Part shown: positions 42,191 through 51,930 of the stretch, piece by piece
How the letters are laid out: the number at the start of each line of letters is the position of its first letter
How positions within the stretch are numbered: the stretch's first letter is position 1
Sequence record: PP763259.1
DNA: 64,000 nt
Reading direction: 5' to 3' (one strand)
DNA from: Acinetobacter phage Ab15
Notes under the pieces: generated by a model
Told to the model about the DNA's origin: nothing
The model's database searches: none
Seen by the model: the letters and a program-made list of their open reading frames with translations, nothing else
Position numbers and translations under genes: made by a program

Positions 42191-44314
42191 ATGGAAATTG
42201 CTAAGCTGTTTGCCTCTGTCGGCTTCCGAGTTGACACAACAAACCTTGAAAAGTTCGAAAGCAAATTGGGCCAAGTACAGACTAAGTTTGTAGGTTTTAG
42301 CCAAACAATTAGTGCTGTTGGTACACAAGCATCTACAGCAATTGTCCCTGTAAATAACTTACTTAAAGCTTTAGATTTTAAAGGTAAAAGTACAGGTATT
42401 ACCCCTTTAGTTACTGCTTTAGGGAGATTATCTACCACAGTAAATGCAATGAATACTTCTGAGTTCCACTTAAAGATTCAAAAAATTACATTAGCACTAG
42501 AAGAATCTAGACCTAGTATTTGGAAAAGTAAAAATGCTTGGGAAGCATACGCTAAAGCTGTAGCAGAAGCAAGGGCTGCCTTAACAGGAAACTGGGGAAG
42601 AATGCCCCCTAGCCCAAGAACTGCTGCTAGTGGTGCTGCTGGGGTAGCTGGAGGTATGGCTTTAGGGTCAACTATGAGAGGAGGTGGTGGTTATGTATCA
42701 TCACCTCACTACACACCAGCAAGTAGACTTTTAGCACCAATGGTTGGCTCTCACTTAGCTTATTTAGGTTCTGGTGGCGTTATGGCTGGGGTTGGTGCTA
42801 TCTATGCCACTAAAGCCACTCTAGATAGAGCACAAGAGAACGTAACCGCAGAGAACTTTGTAAAGATGGCCTCTAAAGATGATGACGAGTTCAAACAAAA
42901 CCGAGATTGGTTGTGGGAAAGATCACAGTACTATGGTACTGACATCAATGCCAACATGGAAGGTTTTGGTAAAATCTACATGAACACCATTGATTCTCTA
43001 GGAAGAAAAGCTTCTTTAAATGTTATTGAAGACATTATGAAGTATAACACTGCTATGCACACTTCTAGGGAAGCTCAGAAGTTTATTAACAAGTCATTGT
43101 ACCAAATGGCAGGTACAGCCCAAGTAAACGCTCAAGACTATAACCAATGGGAAGAACACGTAGCTGGTGGTAACAAAGTGGCTTCTGCTGCTCTTGATAT
43201 CTTAGCACGACAAGGTAAAATCCAAAAAGATTGGAGAGAATTAGGAACCGCCAAAAAAGCTATTTCCGAATTAAAACTCCAAGGTAAGGATTTAGTACCA
43301 GCCTTGACACAAGCTATGGCTAATGCTTCTGCTAAAGGTCTAGAAACTGGTCGTACTGGTTACCAAGCCCAACAAACAAGATTCCAAAACCAAGTAACAC
43401 AATTTGCTAGGGATCTTGCTGATGGTGGCTTGTTCGATATGGCTAAGAATTTCTTTAAGTTACTATCAACCATTATGGATGTCATGAAGGCAATGATGCC
43501 AATATGGACTGGTTTAGCTAAGGTTATGGGATTCTTCTTTGAGAATTTAGCTTTAGGCATTGAAGCCATTAAGGAATTTTTGAAGTATGGTCTAGATTTT
43601 ATATCATTCTTATATGAAACACGTACTGGTGCTCTTATTGCCAATGCTGGTATTGCTTTACTTCTTATTGGACTTTGGAGATTCTTCAATGGCTTCAAGA
43701 AGTTTATGACTGCTGTTAAATTATTAATGGCTTCAAACCCAATCCTATTAGCATTAATGGCAATCATTACTATTCTAGGTTTCCTATATGGTCAATGGAA
43801 AGCACAACAAGAAGGTTTAGATAACTGGTTAGATGTCTTTACGGATGTTCTAACAATTGCCAAATATTCATTCTTAGAGTTTGTCTACAATGTACAATCA
43901 TACTTCTTTATGATGATTTCGTCAATTGTCTCTAAAGGCATGGAAATCAAAACTTGGTTGTCTGATGTAATTGAAGAAATGAGGGAGATGAGTAAAGTTG
44001 TTGACTTGATTGTTACTGGTTTTGAGAAAGTTGAAGAGTTGAGACAAAGAAACAAAAAGAACCGAGAGGAACTTGATGGAGTATTTGAAAAATATGGAAT
44101 CAACAGAAATAGTTTCTGGTCACCAATGGCTAAACCTATTCAACAACCAACTACACCAAGTCCTTCTAAGAATGCTTTTGGTAATGGCTTAAGTGGCTTT
44201 ACTGGTGCTGACTTCAGAATCAAAACTGAAGGTCAATTCACACTGGTTGACCAAAAAGGAAAACCTCTGGGTAATGCTGAGAATATTAATTCTCAAGTTG
44301 CTTATGGTGTTTAG
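42191..44314 (+). CDS. tape measure protein
   Basis: 707 aa, mainly helical and Ala/Gly/Leu-rich, with a central hydrophobic membrane-like segment. It has the canonical position after the chaperone pair. Confidence 0.7.
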   Translation: MEIAKLFASVGFRVDTTNLEKFESKLGQVQTKFVGFSQTISAVGTQASTAIVPVNNLLKALDFKGKSTGITPLVTALGRLSTTVNAMNTSEFHLKIQKITLALEESRPSIWKSKNAWEAYAKAVAEARAALTGNWGRMPPSPRTAASGAAGVAGGMALGSTMRGGGGYVSSPHYTPASRLLAPMVGSHLAYLGSGGVMAGVGAIYATKATLDRAQENVTAENFVKMASKDDDEFKQNRDWLWERSQYYGTDINANMEGFGKIYMNTIDSLGRKASLNVIEDIMKYNTAMHTSREAQKFINKSLYQMAGTAQVNAQDYNQWEEHVAGGNKVASAALDILARQGKIQKDWRELGTAKKAISELKLQGKDLVPALTQAMANASAKGLETGRTGYQAQQTRFQNQVTQFARDLADGGLFDMAKNFFKLLSTIMDVMKAMMPIWTGLAKVMGFFFENLALGIEAIKEFLKYGLDFISFLYETRTGALIANAGIALLLIGLWRFFNGFKKFMTAVKLLMASNPILLALMAIITILGFLYGQWKAQQEGLDNWLDVFTDVLTIAKYSFLEFVYNVQSYFFMMISSIVSKGMEIKTWLSDVIEEMREMSKVVDLIVTGFEKVEELRQRNKKNREELDGVFEKYGINRNSFWSPMAKPIQQPTTPSPSKNAFGNGLSGFTGADFRIKTEGQFTLVDQKGKPLGNAENINSQVAYGV

Positions 44315-44351
44315 GTAGCAGAATACAGGAGAATAAAATGAGGGATCATGA

Positions 44352-45245
44352 ATGAGATATCACCTATATTCAATCAACACGGGAGAGGTAATCTCTCTCG
44401 ATGCTACCACAAGCTTTAGTGAAAGCCATAAGGCCAATGTCACAGAGCATCCTGTGGAAATGGGCACACCAATTAGTGACCATGTGTTCTTATCCAACCC
44501 AACACTTAACCTGAAGGGTATCGTGACAGATTATGATGTAGTTAATAGTGAATATATTGACTTGTCAAGCTTCTCGGTATCCTCAATAGTTCAAGATGTA
44601 ATTAGTCTTTTTAAGGACCCTACAGATGTTGATAATATTTCAACACAGGATGACACTAAGTTAGACTTTAGGTCAATTGCTGTTGCAAACGCCTTAAAGA
44701 AAGCTTTCTATGATCGCCATGTTTTCTCTTTGTTTGTTTTAGATGACACAGAAGATGCACCACCTATTGATCACTACAACACAGTGGTAATCGATGGTCT
44801 AACCTTCACTAGAAGTGCTGACAATGGTGGTGAAATGATTGAGGTTGATATTGCACTCAAGCAAATACGATTAGCCAAAATCAGAAGATCTGAAGTGACA
44901 AAAGCCGAGAAGGATGCCTTAGATAAAGCTGTTTCTCAGACAGCTAAATCAAACGCTACTAAAGATAGTACTAGTGGTTCATCTAAGAGTACTAAAGATG
45001 GTAAAGGTACTAAAACAAGTGGTGATGGTGCCTTTTCGGATCCTTCAGATATTAGCAAACAATTTGATGTTGGTGCTAAAGAAGGCGAAGGTGCTGGAAG
45101 TTTAGTTGGTAAGGTTAGATCCAAGACAGCAGCTATGGCTAAACAAAAGATGGTAGATGCAGAAGATGCTAGAAAGTTAGCCGAAAGAAACCGAGCAGGT
45201 ATCTCTGAAGGTAAAACTTACGGAACTACTTATGGTGGTAGATAA
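44352..45245 (+). CDS. tail / baseplate-proximal protein
   Basis: 297 aa with a Lys/Ser/Gly-rich C-terminal tail. Confidence 0.4.
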   Translation: MRYHLYSINTGEVISLDATTSFSESHKANVTEHPVEMGTPISDHVFLSNPTLNLKGIVTDYDVVNSEYIDLSSFSVSSIVQDVISLFKDPTDVDNISTQDDTKLDFRSIAVANALKKAFYDRHVFSLFVLDDTEDAPPIDHYNTVVIDGLTFTRSADNGGEMIEVDIALKQIRLAKIRRSEVTKAEKDALDKAVSQTAKSNATKDSTSGSSKSTKDGKGTKTSGDGAFSDPSDISKQFDVGAKEGEGAGSLVGKVRSKTAAMAKQKMVDAEDARKLAERNRAGISEGKTYGTTYGGR

Positions 45246-45259
45246 TTTAAGGAGTATGT

Positions 45260-45607
45260 ATGGAGCAATTAAAATATTATGGTTGTAGGGTAGCACTTTA
45301 TAACGATAAAAATTACACATGCTTTATCAAGCTCTCGGATTTTACCTACCACTTAGCCTTTAGGTACAACACCTTTGCTGGTGCATATATGTTAACTGTA
45401 TATGATGCCAATGGTAATACTCTAATATCAAACAAAATGGTCAAACCTGACAGGATGTTTGATATTAGACCTAGAGAGAATTCTGTAGAATCTTTGAACT
45501 TGGTATTTAACAAAATATTCCCAAATGCTGATGTAAATTATGACAAATGGGATGACAACATGATGTGCACAGCCTATCTTACACGATGGGAGAATGTAGA
45601 GCAATAG
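45260..45607 (+). CDS. tail protein (small)
   Basis: 115 aa. Confidence 0.4.
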   Translation: MEQLKYYGCRVALYNDKNYTCFIKLSDFTYHLAFRYNTFAGAYMLTVYDANGNTLISNKMVKPDRMFDIRPRENSVESLNLVFNKIFPNADVNYDKWDDNMMCTAYLTRWENVEQ

Positions 45608-45620
45608 GAAAGGAGGGTTT

Positions 45621-46817
45621 ATGTCTGAATATTTATGGGACAGGAAGATCAGGGTTACAGTTTACAAACAAGGCTTGACAACTGATGAAATCACCCAAAT
45701 CCTTGCAAGCACAGATGATGGTCTTGAAGAGGGTTTCGATAGAAGCCCAACTCAGACAGGTATTTTAAAGTTTGAAATTGATCAAGAGTTACCTATTGAG
45801 TTTGAGATTACAAAAACTCTAGACAATAGTGGAAAGAATAACTCTGCAAGTTTAAGAATATACAATATTAGTGAAGATACTGCAAAAACTATGGGCCACC
45901 AAATGCTCACAGTTAAAATTGAAGTAGCTTATAGAGGTATGCCTCTTACACCAATCTTCCTAGGGGATGTTATTAGTGCATCCTACAAGAGAGGTAAAGA
46001 AGGAAACTATGCTGACTTTGAGATGAGTCAATCATACCTAATACAAAATACAGGAATTAAATTCTCTGCTACATTCCCTGCTGGGATGACCTATGCGGAA
46101 GCTGTGTTTTTTGTTTTAGATTTTTATAGTTTTGCTGGTGAGTTTTACTCTGCCAAAGAAGATGAAATTGCCATGTTCCAAAAGCCATTACCTTATGGTT
46201 TAAGCTTAGAGGGAAACATGGCTGAATGTTTAGCAAAGCTTTTAAAGCCTATAGGTATGAATTGGCACATTACTCAAGCTAACACTATTCAAATTTTTAC
46301 TGATAGGGTTTTTGAGGAAGGTGGTACTAGTGGAACAATCTCAAAACAAGGTCTAGTTCCAAATAAAACACAATCAAGTGATGTTACAACAAGCACTGGT
46401 TTAACAATATACTCATTCGATGCTGATAGTGGTTTGATTGAAAAACCATACCTAAAAACTGAGACAGTTACGAAAAGAATGGGTGAGGTAGCCAATAATG
46501 AAACATTCATTGCAGTAAAACCTACAAAGTCAAAAGCTAAATCTACAAGTGAAGCAGTTGGTACAAATAAAAAGAAAACCAAAAAAGCTGTAAAGACACC
46601 AAACAAACCGAAGATCACTGTAGCTCGACAAGTTGTTGAGTTTAAAACCTTACTATTACCTCAGATAGAACCAAAAACGGTTGTTGATATTGTTTCCAAA
46701 ACACAGGAAAACATTAGTGGTCGTTACGGAATTTTAGAGGTTAAATATACAGGTGCCAGCTATGATGATAAATGGTACTGTGAATGCATCGGAGTTGCAA
46801 CCAGTAAGATAGATTAA
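45621..46817 (+). CDS. baseplate hub-like protein
   Basis: 398 aa. Confidence 0.4.
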   Translation: MSEYLWDRKIRVTVYKQGLTTDEITQILASTDDGLEEGFDRSPTQTGILKFEIDQELPIEFEITKTLDNSGKNNSASLRIYNISEDTAKTMGHQMLTVKIEVAYRGMPLTPIFLGDVISASYKRGKEGNYADFEMSQSYLIQNTGIKFSATFPAGMTYAEAVFFVLDFYSFAGEFYSAKEDEIAMFQKPLPYGLSLEGNMAECLAKLLKPIGMNWHITQANTIQIFTDRVFEEGGTSGTISKQGLVPNKTQSSDVTTSTGLTIYSFDADSGLIEKPYLKTETVTKRMGEVANNETFIAVKPTKSKAKSTSEAVGTNKKKTKKAVKTPNKPKITVARQVVEFKTLLLPQIEPKTVVDIVSKTQENISGRYGILEVKYTGASYDDKWYCECIGVATSKID

Positions 46818-46821
46818 AGGA

Positions 46822-47571
46822 GTGAACATGAACACAGATTTTATCACAGCACTAAAGAAAGGTGCACAAACCCAGACTGAGAACAGGTACTATTGTTTAC
46901 CAGCCGAGGTTGTTGGTGTTGCCAATCTTGATAAGGGTGTAATTGATGTAAAACCAATTATTGAACGAGTGTATGATGATGGATCTGTAAATGAAGTTCC
47001 TACCATATTATCTGTGCCAATAGCACACCCACACACAAGAAATAGTGCCATAATGTTACCAGTAAATCAAGGTGACAGTGTACTTTTAGTTTTCTCTCAG
47101 AGGGATATTTCTGCATTTAAAGGTGGAGCAAGAAGTTCTCATGAACCAGAAACAAGAAGAGTTCATGATTTAAATGATGCCTTTGCCATTCTTGGAATTA
47201 GTCCCCTAGAGGAAAGCCCTTATGCATCACAGCAGCATTCCTTGCCACACTCCACAAGTGATGTTGTTGTGGTGCATAATTTAGGTTCTTCAAATGAAAA
47301 TGAAGTAAGACTAAAACGCAATGGAGACATTGAGTTAACTACACCAAATAATTTCGTAGTTAATGCAAAAACAGCACAATTTAATGTTGACAAATTGATA
47401 AATACGGGTGATAATATTGTAGAGGGAGACTCTACTGTAAATAGCAACCAGACAGTTAATGGAATGACTAATCTTGTTGGTGGTGGTGTTGCCAAGGGAA
47501 TCTCTCTAGAACAACATAGACACCATTACACCGATGATGGTAACGATATGATTACAGACCCTCCACAATAG
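46822..47571 (+). CDS. baseplate spike, gpV-like
   Basis: 249 aa. It has the OB-fold-like pattern VIDVKPI...LPVNQGDSVLLVF...GD typical of phage baseplate assembly protein V. Confidence 0.5.
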   Translation: MNMNTDFITALKKGAQTQTENRYYCLPAEVVGVANLDKGVIDVKPIIERVYDDGSVNEVPTILSVPIAHPHTRNSAIMLPVNQGDSVLLVFSQRDISAFKGGARSSHEPETRRVHDLNDAFAILGISPLEESPYASQQHSLPHSTSDVVVVHNLGSSNENEVRLKRNGDIELTTPNNFVVNAKTAQFNVDKLINTGDNIVEGDSTVNSNQTVNGMTNLVGGGVAKGISLEQHRHHYTDDGNDMITDPPQ

Positions 47572-47591
47572 TGAGGGTTTATTTTTAAGGG

Positions 47592-48008
47592 GTGTATATG
47601 GACATACTATTAGTAAATGGGAAGGTTTCCATTACAGGAAATCAACTCCATCCAACAACAGACCTTGCCAGTAAAGTTTCCCAAAGAATCTACGTAAGAC
47701 TTAAAAGCAACAAAGGTTACTGGTTTCTTGACACTACCTTTGGGGTTGCTTGGCTTGATGAAATCTTTGGAAAAAGAAGAACTAAAGCTGCAATCGATAC
47801 TCGACTTCAACAAGAAATCTTGAAAGACACTTATATTGAAAGAATTAGTTCTTGGTCATCTAACATTGATGGCCGTTCCTATAGTTGTCAATTTACCATA
47901 CAGGTTATAAGAAGTCAAGATGAGGATAACACAATTACCATGAGGTTAGTTGGTAACGAATCTGGTCTTATCCTTCAAGATAGTCTAGGTAATGTATATG
48001 AAATATAG
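47592..48008 (+). CDS. baseplate wedge protein, gpW/gp25-like
   Basis: 138 aa, positioned immediately before the J-like protein. Confidence 0.5.
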   Translation: MYMDILLVNGKVSITGNQLHPTTDLASKVSQRIYVRLKSNKGYWFLDTTFGVAWLDEIFGKRRTKAAIDTRLQQEILKDTYIERISSWSSNIDGRSYSCQFTIQVIRSQDEDNTITMRLVGNESGLILQDSLGNVYEI

Positions 48009-48017
48009 GAGGCTTAA

Positions 48018-49481
48018 ATGGCTAGAACTGTAAATGGAGTTTTACAAAGAGATTCTTTATCAGATATTAGAACAAAGCTAAGAACCAAAGCTGTTGAGAT
48101 TTTCCAAGAAGTTACACCTTATGGTCAATCAGTTGATACAGACCCAGCTTCTATTTTAGGTAGGTGGATTGATATTAATGCTGAAGCAAAATACGACCTT
48201 GAAGAAATAACTGAGTATCTTATTAATATGGCTGACTTAGACACAGCCGAAGGTAACAAACTTGAAGACATTACCAGTTTAGGTGGTATTGATAGACTAC
48301 AGTCAACAGCTTCTCAGGTTTTACTTGTTGTTGTAGCTAAACCATATACAGTTATCCCAGCAGGTTCATTCATTAAGAGTGCTTACACTAACGACACTTT
48401 CTCAACCGACTATGAAATTCAAATCCAATCGACACAAGGAGAAGGCGGTGTTTTTGGTTATGACCTCAATGTTGCTGACTCTAGTGATCCAAACTTTAAC
48501 TACGTCTTCACATGGCAACGAGATTCATCTCCGAGCACAAACATTAATGTTAATGTACAACGTGGCACTGGTTCTTTTGACTCTTTTCTACAACTACTTG
48601 TAGATACAATCAATCAAACAACCAATGATGTATTTGCTGAGATATCTTCAGATGGATACCTTAAGATCACTACAACAGATTACAATGAGACAATATCATT
48701 AAGATTAACAGCGAGTCAAGTTGTTAATGTTTACCAAGGTGTTGAAGCAACCTGTACTAACTTAGGTGCTGTATCGGCTGATGCTGGTACTTTAACTTCA
48801 ATTCAAAGTCCTGTTAATGGTTGGTTATCAGTTAATAACCCTTTTGATGCTTCGATTGGTTCAGAAATTCAAACCGATGAAGAATTGAGAGATTACTACA
48901 AAGCAGCTAAAAACTTTGGTGGGTCAAGTACTTTGAATGCTCTTCAAGCTTCCTTGTACAGAGTCTCAGGAGTTAAATACGTCTATATCAGTGAGAATAC
49001 ATCTAACATTACCACAACAATGCCATCACACTCATTCAGTGCTGTAGTCCTTGGTGGAAGGAGAGATGATATCGCACAGGTTATCTTCGAAAATAAACCT
49101 CTTGGTATTAACTCTTTTGGTTCTTCTGAAGGTAATGCTGTTGATATCAACGGAAACAACTACACTGTTAATTTTAGTCGCCCTGAGTTTGTTCCTATTG
49201 CTATCAGAATTAGTCTTACACAACAAGCTGGTTTCGAAAATAGTAACTACGATCAAATTAGACAGAATATTATCAACTATCTAAACAGTATGCAATATGG
49301 TGGAGGGGTTGTTTCAATATCAAGACTTTATACACCAATTAATGCGGTGCCAAACCACTATATTAATAGTTTGGAAATTGGTCGAATAGTGAATGGTGTA
49401 CCTGAATATGGAACATCAAACATTACCCTTCAGTATAATGAGATACCAACAATCAATCCAGAAAACATCCAATTCTACTAG
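48018..49481 (+). CDS. baseplate J-like protein
   Basis: 487 aa, following the W-like gene. Confidence 0.5.
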   Translation: MARTVNGVLQRDSLSDIRTKLRTKAVEIFQEVTPYGQSVDTDPASILGRWIDINAEAKYDLEEITEYLINMADLDTAEGNKLEDITSLGGIDRLQSTASQVLLVVVAKPYTVIPAGSFIKSAYTNDTFSTDYEIQIQSTQGEGGVFGYDLNVADSSDPNFNYVFTWQRDSSPSTNINVNVQRGTGSFDSFLQLLVDTINQTTNDVFAEISSDGYLKITTTDYNETISLRLTASQVVNVYQGVEATCTNLGAVSADAGTLTSIQSPVNGWLSVNNPFDASIGSEIQTDEELRDYYKAAKNFGGSSTLNALQASLYRVSGVKYVYISENTSNITTTMPSHSFSAVVLGGRRDDIAQVIFENKPLGINSFGSSEGNAVDINGNNYTVNFSRPEFVPIAIRISLTQQAGFENSNYDQIRQNIINYLNSMQYGGGVVSISRLYTPINAVPNHYINSLEIGRIVNGVPEYGTSNITLQYNEIPTINPENIQFY

Positions 49482-49489
49482 GAGGTTAT

Positions 49490-50116
49490 ATGATAGATCA
49501 TAGCTTCACAGAAAAAGCTCGATCAAGATATACAGGAACCTTTAAGGGTGATGGTGTTTTTGATTGTGCAGTTAGAACTGGTATTGCATATGAACAAGAT
49601 TGCTTAGATCAGTTTGATGACTTTGTTGATAAGCTTTTTAACATTGACAAATCTTCTGGTTTGATGTTAGACCTTATAGGGAAAATTGTAGGTCAGGATA
49701 GGGTTTTAATTTCTTACACTGACCAAAATAATTTTGGTTTCTTAGGTCACCCCTTGGCAGAATCCTTTGGTACAAAAGCAAATCCAAATATTGGTGGTTA
49801 TTGGAAGAGTTCTTCGTCTTCCAGCACTATTTATAGGAAGATGGCTGATGATACTTACAGGACTGTCTTGAAGGCAAGAATTGCATCAAATATCTCTAGA
49901 GGAACTATCAATGACTTCCTCAGAGTTATAAATATTCTTACTGGTCACACTAGATCTCAAATTATTGAGGGTCCTGAAAGCGGTAGTGTCACTTTGGTAA
50001 TCCCTTCGGGTAATGCAACATTAGTTCAATATTATTATACACGTATAGGACAATCAGATCAAATTCTGCCAATTCCTGTAGGTGTTAGTTTAAAAGTTAT
50101 TATTGTAGAGGAATAA
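49490..50116 (+). CDS. baseplate / tail protein (gpI-like position)
   Basis: 208 aa. Confidence 0.4.
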   Translation: MIDHSFTEKARSRYTGTFKGDGVFDCAVRTGIAYEQDCLDQFDDFVDKLFNIDKSSGLMLDLIGKIVGQDRVLISYTDQNNFGFLGHPLAESFGTKANPNIGGYWKSSSSSSTIYRKMADDTYRTVLKARIASNISRGTINDFLRVINILTGHTRSQIIEGPESGSVTLVIPSGNATLVQYYYTRIGQSDQILPIPVGVSLKVIIVEE

Positions 50117-50117
50117 A

Positions 50118-51182
50118 ATGGCAAGAATGAACAAGCCCAACGACTACAATGTTATTTGGGCACAATCAGGTGGTAAATCTGATATTACAGCTAAGATTCC
50201 TGAAGGTTGGGTTGTTGAGATTCCTGACTTTGAAGATATGAACGCCCTTCAGTACAGACAAGATAGAGCCATTGCTTATCTTCTACAAGTTGGCGTTCCT
50301 GAGTGGGATTCTAGCAGTGTTTACTATGTAAGTCAGATTGCAAACAGAAGCGGTGTATTGTACAGAGCTATCCAAGAAAACCAAGGAAGAGACCCTTCGA
50401 CCTCAGTTGCTAATGGTTATTGGGAAAAATTATCACCTTCTTATGCTGAGTTCACAACACTTCAAAATAGGATAAACTCAACAGACCCATTCTCACAGTA
50501 TATTCTTAAAACTCAACCAGTAGTTTCTGTCACTATGGGTGCTACTGGTTATCGGTCCAATATTGAGCCAACTACAGGTATGTTCTTTAATGGTACTGAA
50601 ATGGAGTTTAGAAAGTCAGGTACAACTACAGCAGTTATCCCTCCACAAACCTTAAGTATTGAAGACAACAGTAAAAACCTAGCAACTACAGCTTGGGTAA
50701 AATCGTTGATTGCTGATGAGATTGCTAAAGTTACTACTAAGTTCCAAGTTGGGATTGGTGAATCAATTATCAGTAACAACCCTCAAAATCCAGCTACAAC
50801 CAAAGGTTATGGTGTTTGGGCTTTAGATTGCCAAGGTAGAACAATTGTAGGTGTTTCTCAAAACACACCAGACCCTACTTGGACTAAAACTGTGAATAGT
50901 TTATTTGGTGCTTATACACATACGTTAAGTACCGCAGAAATGCCTAAACATAAACACAGAGGGGCTGGTTCACCAGATGGTAGTGGCACTAGCGTTGTTG
51001 GTTGGGATTCTAGCACAAAGGTTATCGACCCTACAATGGCACTTGTGATGAAGTCAGATTACGGTACCTTACAAGATAACTACACTATTTACCCTCTAGA
51101 TTGGGGTGAAGAGGGTGGTAGCCAACCTCACAATAACGTTCAACCATCACAAACAAAGTATATCTGGACAAGAATTGCTTAA
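50118..51182 (+). CDS. tail fiber protein
   Basis: 354 aa, Thr/Ser/Gly-rich. Confidence 0.5.
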   Translation: MARMNKPNDYNVIWAQSGGKSDITAKIPEGWVVEIPDFEDMNALQYRQDRAIAYLLQVGVPEWDSSSVYYVSQIANRSGVLYRAIQENQGRDPSTSVANGYWEKLSPSYAEFTTLQNRINSTDPFSQYILKTQPVVSVTMGATGYRSNIEPTTGMFFNGTEMEFRKSGTTTAVIPPQTLSIEDNSKNLATTAWVKSLIADEIAKVTTKFQVGIGESIISNNPQNPATTKGYGVWALDCQGRTIVGVSQNTPDPTWTKTVNSLFGAYTHTLSTAEMPKHKHRGAGSPDGSGTSVVGWDSSTKVIDPTMALVMKSDYGTLQDNYTIYPLDWGEEGGSQPHNNVQPSQTKYIWTRIA

Positions 51183-51197
51183 TTAGGAGTAGGAGCG

Positions 51198-51581
51198 ATG
51201 GAGATATTTTCAATTAGTACAGCCATTGCCTTCATCAAACCTATAATTCCAAATATCATCGGTGGTGCTTTATCTATTAAGGATGAGATAACAAGTGGTG
51301 CTAAAGAACAATCTTTTAAGAAATACTTTGTTCTTTTCACTATGTTTATCTTGGCAGTATCTTTTGGGTACTACCTTGGTGGCTTTATTATTGAGTATTT
51401 GAAGATAGAGAAATGGAGTGGTGACTTGCCCACATTCTCTTATGCAATGATCATGATATTAGCTACAGCATCGAGTCTAAGGTTTATTAAGAAATTCACA
51501 AGCCGTATCGAAGAAATATTGGATTTAATCTTTGATGGTTTTATCGGCTTGATCAAAACCATATTTAAGATGGATAAGTGA
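51198..51581 (+). CDS. membrane protein (3 TM) within tail-fiber cluster
   Basis: 127 aa. Confidence 0.5.
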   Translation: MEIFSISTAIAFIKPIIPNIIGGALSIKDEITSGAKEQSFKKYFVLFTMFILAVSFGYYLGGFIIEYLKIEKWSGDLPTFSYAMIMILATASSLRFIKKFTSRIEEILDLIFDGFIGLIKTIFKMDK

Positions 51582-51602
51582 TAGCCATGAAGGAGTTATC
51601 GA

Positions 51603-51929
51603 ATGAATAACATTATCGACAGTATTACTGCATCTTTTGTTGGAATAGCTTTGTTGCTAACCCCAACAGTTGTATTCCAAGGGGTGATGGTTGCACTTGT
51701 CGCCTTTTTCATTTGGATTGAGTATTTCTCAAAGAAATTTGATAAGAATGGTTTTATGTATGTGATGTTCACATTTATAGGAATGTCAGCATCCATACTC
51801 TATTACTATGCCCCTAGTATTCAGACCGATTTTGGTTGGACTATAGCGTTAATTACATTTAGTTTATACACAATATACTTCTTAAAGTATATCTGGAGAA
51901 TGAGAAAAGATAATCGCACAGGAGATTAG
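51603..51929 (+). CDS. membrane protein (4 TM) within tail-fiber cluster
   Basis: 108 aa. Confidence 0.5.
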   Translation: MNNIIDSITASFVGIALLLTPTVVFQGVMVALVAFFIWIEYFSKKFDKNGFMYVMFTFIGMSASILYYYAPSIQTDFGWTIALITFSLYTIYFLKYIWRMRKDNRTGD

Positions 51930-51930
51930 A

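Noticed and set aside
42122-44103. Several minus-strand ORFs (42122..42438, 43360..43767, 43885..44103) inside the tape-measure gene, and similar antisense ORFs across 30359-53099
   Set aside because: They are antisense shadows within a uniformly + strand structural operon.
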